The notes under the pieces are model-generated. The model searched no databases. It saw only the letters and a program-made list of their open reading frames with translations, and was not told where the DNA came from. The position numbers and the translations under genes were made by a program. Shown piece by piece: positions 55,701 through 64,000 of a stretch of 64,000 nt of DNA (position 1 is its first letter; every line of letters starts with the position of its first letter). The stretch lies in NCBI GenBank assembly GCA_002269645.1, contig NIVC01000745.1:1-64000 (forward strand), read 5' to 3'. This stretch comes from Macrostomum lignano (Eukaryota).

Positions 55701-57240
55701 AATTTCTTCCTGGCTGCTACAGCTCTTAGTTTCATTCTCAGGGGCACTGCTGCCTGGGCTGTCACCATTGCCATCTTCATCACTATCATATGATGACTCA
55801 ATATCATCATCCACAGTGCCACTATGACAGGATGTTTGATGATTTTGGCATGACTGTCCTGCTGAATCTTTAAATCGCACTGACGCTATCTGAATACGCA
55901 AGTGATTTTTTGGCAGGTTAGGCATATTCAGTGCACGACACATACGACCACAGCAGCTAGAACTGCTTCGCCAGCTGTGTGTGTAACATGGTGGGCTTTT
56001 TAGCCACACATGCTGCAGGTGCTCCTGCAAAAACAAAAGAATTTTTTTTAAATAGCATGCTGATCCAACACACTTTTATTGTTTTTACTTTCCTTTTACT
56101 GTTGTACAAGCTTTTGGTTTCCAAAACGTTATACATTAATTCTGACGTATCTGAACAACTAAATATTACGCCAGACCCTACCTGCTTTTCCCTGGCCGCT
56201 CTGATGACAGAGTCCTCTGGGTCTTGTGTTGGCCTAGAAGGGGCTGCTTCTGCTGCAGCTGATGCCGACGTACTCTGTTTGGCGAACGATTGGAAGCGAA
56301 CTGTTCTCTGTGGAAATATTATGAGTGACTTAATATAAATTCCTTAAATACTTTTTAAATACTTTTTTACATTAATATTTAATACTTTAAATACTTTTAA
56401 ATTCAAGTCTTACTTACCGGCAGCTCCGGTTCTACACTGGAGCTCGTGATGCTGCCACTGCACCTCTTTCTGGCCGGCTCCGGCAAATCATCAATGGGCG
56501 GTGCCCGGCGAGATGGTTTTGCCAATCTGAGGTGCTGGAATTGCTGGCGTATAAGCTTAGCAGTAGTCACAGCCCTTTCGGCTACGTCCGCCCTTCCGGT
56601 GCCTTCGAGCTCGGCCAATTCATCCGCTGTCACTTCCTGGTACCAAGTGTCCTTCATGGGTTCTTCTTCGCCTTTCCATATTCTTAATTTTTCGATCTGG
56701 CGGCAAAAGAAGAATCTATAATTGTAGGTGTAGCCTTCAATTTCATCGCATTCGTCCAGCGTTTGCTGAATCAGCTTATCATGCGATTTTCCAGCGAACC
56801 CATGCAGAAAGATGCCATAAGGCCGGTTGGCGTGATATAGCAATTTGGCATCCTTCGCGGACAAGCAATACACTTTGCTGCCATTTGCCAGGCAGTGTCG
56901 ACGTGTGGCCGAGCGAAAACGGGCAGAGATTTTTGGCGTCGTTTCTTACAGCATTTAACTCAACCCACTGGGCGAAGAGGCCCGTCGGGCATTGCAGTGA
57001 GGGCGGCTGCTCGTAGGTCAGCCGTACCTTCCAAAGTTTCGGGCCTCTGTTCACCAATTTGACTTTTGTATCGTGCTTCCGCGGCTTATACTTCGCTGTC
57101 TGGCCAGCTTCGCGGTCGTCAACAGCATCTTCTGCTTCTTCTTCTTCTTCTTCACTCTCCTCCCTGTCCGCCTGCTCTTCCAGGCGATCGGCCCTTGTAG
57201 GTTCGTACGTCTCGTCACCGTCCGAATTATTTTCATACAC
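52788..57240 (-). mobile_element. Decayed Mutator-superfamily (NOF-FB-like) transposase gene with introns and a C-terminal Ulp1/C48-like protease
   Basis: MULE core VLHFDANGGIV...LYSL...NAILVSHS...IVVTDFLWALIFA. NOF-like NPMYSEKL...WLPLAPLF...SNVTAKNYFRSIKHDVL. Ulp1-like CFMVDTRDKTTTFLDPL and QQDGHNCGIIVCLYA. Upstream C/H-rich zinc-finger-like region. Multiple stops and frameshifts; element termini not located. Confidence 0.72.
55480..55790 (-). repeat. Three ~100-111-bp tandem repeats encoding acidic/Ser-rich units (SSSQEKIIEP...) inside the transposase gene
   Basis: ttcctggctgctac recurs at about 55495, 55595 and 55706. Confidence 0.8.
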
Positions 57241-57521
57241 AGTAACCCATATATAAAACTGAGTGCCAGGTTTCTTACAGGTGAACCTATTTTATATAGC
57301 ATAAATATATAAATCTATAGATATATCTCTGCTGTCCTAACTTTTAGCCACTGCAGTCAGTTGCTTGAAGGGCTATATTGTCATATTGTCATATGTCAAA
57401 CTTCAAACCAATTGTAATTTCAATACTCATAGTGTGTATGAAAAAAATTATTTTCATACACAGTAACCCATATATAAAACTGAGTGCCAGGTTTCTTACA
57501 GGTGAACCTATTTTATATAGC
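57226..57521. mobile_element. MITE-like ~224-bp unit with 16-bp TIR followed head-to-tail by a truncated second copy
   Basis: AATTATTTTCATACAC (57226-57241) versus GTGTATGAAAAAAATT (57434-57449), 1 mismatch. The first 76 bp are repeated exactly at 57446-57521. Confidence 0.5.
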
Positions 57522-57794
57522 ACAAGCTGTTGAAACCTGCAGAATTTGAACCCGGGGAATTCCAACCCCTGGAACTATTTTTGCATGTATTCTGAAATCT
57601 GAGCCCATACTTAAACAAAAACTTTTTAATAGTTAGGAATTTAGGATAGAGTTAAACTTAAAATAGAGTACATTCATGTACAATTAGTATTTGAAGCAAA
57701 CATTAATATTGTTGGTTGGGGTGCTGCACAGAATGTCAGGCAAACTCATGGCCTCTGCCTCTCCTTGTGTCCCTTTGAAGTTGGATCCTTAGAA

Positions 57795-59185
57795 ACTTCT
57801 ATCTCTACCTTCTCTTCTGTTTTCTCTCTTCTCTGGTCTATGGTCTCTTCTCTCTCTCTTCTATCCCCTCTTCTCTCGTCTATTCCCTCTTATTATTTTC
57901 TCTCCTCTCCTCTCTCGTCTCTGCTCTCTTATCTCTCCCTTTCTCCTGTTTTATCTCTTCCCATTTCTCTCTGCTCTCTACTCTCTCTTCTCTCTGCTCT
58001 CTACTCTCTCCTCTCTCCTCTCTCCTCTCTACTCTATTTTCTCTCTGCTCTCTACTCTCTCTTCTCTCTGCTCTCTACTCTATCTTCCCTCTGCTCGATC
58101 TACACTATCTTCTCTCTGCTCTCTACTATCTTCTCTCTGCTCTCTACTCTCTATTCTCTCTTCCCTCTCCCCTCTTCTCACTCCTTACTCTACCCTCTCA
58201 GAAACACTTCTCCTCTCTCCTTTCTCCTCTCCTCTCTCCTCTGTACTCTGTACTCTCTCGTCTCTCTCTCCTCTCTTCTATCGTCTCTTCTTTCACCTCT
58301 CCTCTCTCGTCTTTGCTCTCTTATCTATCTTTCCTTTCTCTTCTTTTATCTTTTCTCTCTTATCTCTTCTCATTTCTCTCTGCATGCTCTCTACCTCTAT
58401 CTCTCCCTCTCTCTCCTCACCCCTCTCTCATCCTTTCCCCTCTTTCCCCTGTCCTCTCGATTCTCTCCCCTCCCCTCCTCTTTCCTCACTCACTTCTCTC
58501 TCTCTCCTTTTGTCTCACCTTTCATCTCTCATCTCTTATTTCTTATCTATCCTCTTTTCTCTCTACTCTCCCATCTCTCGTGTGTTCACTCTCGTCTTTG
58601 CTCTCTCAGTCTTATCTTCCCTCTCTCATCTGTCATCTTTACTCTCGTATACTCATATGTTCTCACCTCTCTCCTCTGTACTCTTCTCTTTCCCCTCATC
58701 TGACTCCTCTCTCCTCTCTCCTCTCAGATATCGTGTTCACTCTCATCCCCTCTCTTTTCTGCCATCTGTACTCTCCAATCTTCAGTGTACTCTTCTCTTT
58801 ACCCTCCTCTGATTACTCTCTTTTCTTACTCCTCTTCTCTTCTCTCTTCTATACTCTCTCCCCTCTATTCTCTTCTCTCACCTTTCTGCACTCTGCTCTC
58901 TCCTCCTTCATCTCTCATCTCTACTCTCTTCTCACTCTTCTCTGCTCTCCTCTGTCATCGATCCTGTCTCATCTCTCCCATCTTCTCTCTCCCTCTTCTC
59001 ACTTCTACTCTTTCCTCTCTCTTCTCTCCCCCCTCCTCTCGCTTCTTATTCCAATATTATCTGCTCACTCCTTATCCTTACCCCATCATCTCTCTTCTTG
59101 TCTTCTATCTTTTCTCTTATCCTCCTCTCGCTTCTCCTCTCTTCTTATAGTCTATTCCTTCTCCTTTTCACTCTCATCTCATCAG
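57795..59185. repeat. CT-rich low-complexity (polypyrimidine) tract
   Basis: Degenerate CTCT/CTCTA repeats; source of the spurious Ser/Leu ORFs. Confidence 0.9.
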
Positions 59186-59869
59186 CCATGAGCTTGATTC
59201 TTTATCTGGCATTTGAGGTTAAAGTCTGTCAATCCCCGCTTCGAAAGCGTTTGTGGAACGTAGTACTCTCATAGTTGTTATGCTTTAATCACATCATATT
59301 TCTGGCCAATTAGCAGCCCTGAGAGGAATTTGTGTATCTCCCTCCAGCCCAGCTCCACCACCACAGTCTGCAGCAGTCTAGCAACCAAGGAAATACGTAT
59401 TTCTTAGGAGCCATTTAAATTTTAAAGTACCTTATGCGAATCTTGATGTTAAAATTTTCATGGTGTAACTAATTTAGTAGGATTGCATTGTAGTTATTCA
59501 TTAGTTATTCAGTTATTCATTAACTTTTCGCTATTTTTACAAACCATCCCACACCGCCTTGATTTGCCATCCACTGTTAAACGGCTGCAGACTTGTCTAT
59601 ACAGAGGACAGTGGTTTGAATCTCTCGCTGAAACTGTCTCTCCTCTCCACGCCTCTCCGCGCGTGGGGTGCCGAAAAGGCTATTAAAAAGTTATTCCAAA
59701 ACACTGTACATTCGCTAAGTACATTGAGCCCTATCGCCTGACCCTTCGTCTGGGCTGGGGGAATGAGTGAGTGAGAGGCACAAACAACAGAAAAAGCAGA
59801 CAAAATTCACATGCTTACAGTTTCTATCCTGATTGAGATACAGAGTTGAGACTTTACATGTAGGCAAAG

Positions 59870-60394
59870 AATGAGTCAATAAAGAATTGTGTCAAATTTG
59901 AAGTCAATCGCTTCACGTGGAGCAAAACTATGGCAGCCGAATGTTAGGCATTTTAAAACCTACTCACACCCTTTGCCCAGATCGGGAAAGAGAGGCAGGC
60001 GGGCGGAGGTTGGGGTGGCTGCCTCGCTGAAAAAAACAGCCAAACTTTAAAAGTGCACAGCGCCGTTCAGGATTAACTTTCAGACTCGAAATTTCATATG
60101 ATTTTGCTAAAAAATAGTTAAAAATTGTCTGTGTCAAATTTGAAGAGAATCCGTAGAAGTGGAGCGGCGCTATGGAGGATTTAGTGAAAAAATTGCGCAT
60201 TTTGAGCAGTTTTTTGCACTTTTAGGTAGGAAGACTCAAATTTAGGAAATTAAAAGGTAGCCTAAGACATTCTCCGTAGTAAGTTTAGGGTGGGTGTAAA
60301 GTTTGGTGTAATTTGGTTGAGCGGTTTGGGAGTCCATAGCGAACAAAATTGTCCACACACAGACAGACAGAGTTTTGATTTTTATATGTAGAGA
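59870..60394 (-). mobile_element. 5' part of a non-autonomous Helitron-like (Lep1-type) element
   Basis: Minus strand begins A|TCTCTACATATAAAAATCAAAACTCTGTCTGTCTGTGTGTG...GCTATGGACTCCCAAACCGCTCAACCAAATTACACCAAACTTT, the 5' layout I recall for invertebrate Lep1-like Helitrons. Internal repeated TGTGTCAAATTTGAAG at ~59890 and ~60130. The 3' hairpin-CTAG end was not found. Confidence 0.5.
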
Positions 60395-61899
60395 TAGTAG
60401 AAGCCATACTACAAAATTCAAAACATGTAAATGTAAGCCTAAACCAATCAGAGACACTCAACCATGATTCTTTTTTATATTTATTACAACATTGTCAACA
60501 ACAAAAAATGCTATTTCATGGTTCTGAGGGCAGCATTATAACACCCAACCTTATTACAACTCTCTAAATTTTTTGTATAAGAGACTAGATGTACTCATAG
60601 TAGCAAAAAGAGAATATCATTCAAAACTTACTATTAGCTGTGATTTTTGCTTCATGCAAGGTAGATACCTGAAAGAAAAGTTGTGGTTTCTGTTAAACTT
60701 GCTGTTTTACATTAACAATAAGAAAAAAGATTCAGCATAGGTCAGTGAGTTTTAGAAGTATAGAGAGCAACTCTCCCTCTAAATAAGTCCTAAAATTTTT
60801 GGTGCCTCCTACTGAACCCCATTTACTTGTAAAAACTCCCCTATACTAAAAATATTTGTGAGATTTTTAGCCTTATTCTTCAAATGTTTTTTTATAAAAT
60901 TGCATCTCTAAGACTTTATCCGAGGCAGTCTACTCATAAAATTAGCTATAATCTGACACTGTTCTAATAATATTTAAATAGGCCATAGGATTTTAATGAA
61001 GATTGGTTCTAGAATCATAATAAAATAATTTTAATTCTAATAACAGAATTGGAAGGAAAAGTATTGGGGAACTATTTTAAATGTTAATCAGCTTTATAAT
61101 GGCAATTGTGTCTCCTGAATAGATGTGTGACAAAAACTGCTAATAATAAAAAATTGATGATTTCAAATTAAATATATTTTACTGTTACAGTGACATGGAA
61201 ACATGACAAAAAACGGATCTGGAAATGGAGCAGGCTTATATAGAAAGGTTCCAACCCAATTCTGTTCTGGAAATAGTAGTATGAAAAGCCTAATAGTAGG
61301 TGTACGCAATCTATCCATGTCTCCTTAAGCATCCAGCTGATGCGTAGATGCATCTAAATGTAGACACGCATGCATGTGCTTAAAAATTAAAATGTAGCAC
61401 AAAATTTTAATTTAAAACGCGCTTGATATGTTTATATATACAGAAAATATCTTCCTTTTATGTTAATATCATGATTTATTGTTGTTTAATGACAACTCAG
61501 AGTTCATTCGTTTGTTTTAATTAAAGATCAAAAATTCAATTTACTTTTTGGAGTTAGAGTTGGAAAACAGGTCATTTATTGAATATTGACCTATTTGTTA
61601 AATTTACTACCTTGTTGGCACATGCTTGGGCGCAACCTTGGGATTCACCTGGCCATTTCTATTGGCAACACACACATGTAAGTTGCTATTGGATGGAATA
61701 GTAGTCACGTAAAATAAATACCTAGAAAAAAGTGCTTAGAAAGATCAGCAAGAGTGAGACAACAGGACTTAACAGCAAGGAAAGCAGAAACAATCAAGCC
61801 AGACAACTTTAATCCTTCCAATATTAAAGAAAGTGGCAAACTGGCGCAGCTTGTTGAGGCAGTGATAGTTTGGCACTAGCAGAGCGGCATTAGGAAGCC

Positions 61900-63536
61900 A
61901 CTTTTCCTTTGCTTACCAAGTGGTATTGACATTCCAGATTGTCCACACATTAAGAATGAGCGCTAGGAAGGCTACCAAGCCAGAGGAAAAATGGTATAAC
62001 TTTGCTGCTTTTACAGTAGACTCACTAAAGATGCTGGATGCATGCTGAACATTAGTCTTCCATGTTTGTTGGATTCAAGGACCTTATAGCTCATATTCGG
62101 TTGAAAGATGATCCGAGCTAGTTGCCTAAGTTCTTGTTTATAAAGTTTGTACAAATTGCAAAAATCTGCTGTTTGGATTTTCAGGGGGATGGTAAAGTCT
62201 AGAAATTAAAACACCTGGTGCAAAATCCAATTTTCAAGATGTTTTTAAAGTTGTATACAGGGCCAAAGAGAAAGAACAGCAGCTTGCTAGATACCGGATT
62301 TAGATTTAATGATTCCAGCTTGCCTTTATATAAAAGACCCTGAAAGTGGCTTTTATTTACTGAATTGTTCTAAAAAATGCACATTACCAGCTTCATGTGA
62401 ACCTAATCAAGCAAATCAAGGCAGTCAGTGAAGTGATTTTTCAAGTCCAGAGCACCGCGCCTACTTTTTGGCATAAATTTTTTTCCTAGAAGTCTCTATA
62501 GCAACTTGATCAAAAAAGTGCACACAGTTTTGGCAAGCTCATTGGTTTCTGTGTCAATGTCAAATATCTTGTTTTTATTGAGTTCCATTTGCTGCAACAA
62601 ATAAATTTCATCAATTGCAACAAGCACTACTCTCTCAGACTTAGACAGGCTATCAACTTTTAGCTTGAGATAATCTTTAGTTGCCTTGATATCAGGGTCA
62701 TTGCTCAATCTGGAAGTATCAAGCTCTTGATCATTCTTGACTTTAATCTTAGCTGACAAATTGGTGATAGCTTTTGTGACTGCCTCCTGAGCTAGTAAGA
62801 GGTGCTCCTCACAACTATGCTAGAAATGTTCCAAATGGACATCTTCCAAACATCATAGCTGGAAATTTTTTAGCCTAGCTATGATGTTTTCAAGTTGGGC
62901 AAAGGTTTTAAGACTGCCATCAGTTGCTAGATCTCTAGCAAAAGAAGCAACAGACATTCTAATTGTAATAAAAGTTACACTTAATTCAAAGATCACTTTG
63001 AAAAAGCACTTTAAATGATCTGATAGATTGTATGACATAATAGTGTAGAAGTCAAAAATCACATATTTTTGTAAAAGCTCCTCTGCTTTTACCTTGCAAT
63101 GTTGAATGTTATTCTTTCAATGGCTCTCAGCAGATACACAAACTATTTGCTGCTTTTCTAGGATGGCCTTGCTCAAGTGGGGTGCAACATTTGGGAAGAT
63201 GCATGGCACAGCATCATCTATCAGATGTTTATTTTTAAGCTTAGCAGTACCAGTTGATGGATTATCAGCTGCTGGCCTTTTGTGATTTTGGTTAGCATAA
63301 AGACAGTCACAAAAAACTTACCTAGAAAATGCAGAAAGCAAACCTGATAATTGTGACTAGGGTCAGACCATAGCTTACACAGCTTGGCCTCAGTCCATTC
63401 TCAAGGAATTGTAGTGATCCACTTGTTCAACAGATCCAGATTCTCAATACAAAGAAACTTGTAGATAGAAACAGTTGGATCCTTCTTATACTAAGGCAAA
63501 TTAGTAACAAGCTGGAACATAGCACTTGTATCCCAT
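61900..63536 (-). mobile_element. Decayed THAP-domain P-element-type transposase (pseudogene)
   Basis: THAP signature MGYKCYVPAC...KWITTI...QVCFLHF, then a 50-nt intron (63321-63272), then KHLIDDAVPCIFPN. P-transposase motifs ERVVLVAIDEIY...ELAKTVCTFLI, SLNPTNME and VWTIWNV. Many stops and frameshifts. Confidence 0.78.
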
Positions 63537-64000
63537 GATATATTATACAAATGTTTTATTAAAAAATTTGTTTAGAAAATCAAAGAATTGCTTAGAATGA
63601 ATTGATATCAGTTGTTTTTTGCTGTCTAAGTGATATCTTTCATTAGAAAATATAGGCAAAACATAGAAAAAGATAAATAATATTCCGTGTATAGTAAAGG
63701 AAAGACAAAAATTCTTTGCTTTCCAAGTTCCCACAATAAGACTAAACTTGTAGAGGGGGGAAAGGGCCATATGAGTGTTATTTCCTGGTGAGCGAAGCAA
63801 CCAAAAAGGCTTCCTTGGGTCATCTAGAAGGTTAGCCATTGCCAGGCAATATATATTTAGGTTATGTATGCTAGCATGTTTGGCAATACCAGAGTGCCAG
63901 CTTTCATATGTTATTTGTCTATTCTATCTCATTTAAGGCAAACAGATCTGCCAAAGTCCATATAGAGCTATCAAGCTATATGCAGCCTAGATAGTTGTAC

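Noticed and set aside
57765-59191. Ser/Leu-rich hydrophobic ORFs resembling membrane proteins
   Set aside because: They are translations of a CT-rich low-complexity tract.
50619-61575. ~28-bp inverted match (ATGACCCGTTTTCCAACTCCAACTCCAA at 50619; reverse copy at 61548-61575) as possible TIRs of the MULE
   Set aside because: Similarity ends abruptly and is partly a simple CCAACT repeat. There is no TSD, and unrelated elements lie between the copies.

Overview
Eukaryotic (animal) genomic DNA with GC-rich exons, spliceosomal introns and dense minisatellite arrays. The style suggests a free-living flatworm such as Macrostomum; this is inference only and cannot be confirmed here. Three host genes are supported: an intronless divergent rhodopsin-like 7TM receptor (+, 8682-9761), a two-exon 59-aa secreted cystine-knot (conotoxin-framework) peptide gene absent from the ORF track in this form (-, 16438-16173), and a four-exon type I diacylglycerol kinase (-, 47723-39407). 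Mobile DNA: a full-length decayed RTE-clade LINE (-, 6401-3274) with an 8-bp TSD and an HDV-like ribozyme fold whose predicted cleavage site falls at the element boundary; a decayed intron-containing Mutator/NOF-FB-like transposase gene with a Ulp1-like protease (-, ~57.2-52.8 kb); a decayed THAP/P-element transposase (-, ~63.5-61.9 kb); two MITE-like elements; and a Helitron-like 5' end. About 10-47 kb is mostly unique islands alternating with some 20 tandem arrays, including two interleaved inverted array pairs. The very long low-complexity ORFs in the track are artefacts of these arrays. All motif calls were made by eye, with no database searches.
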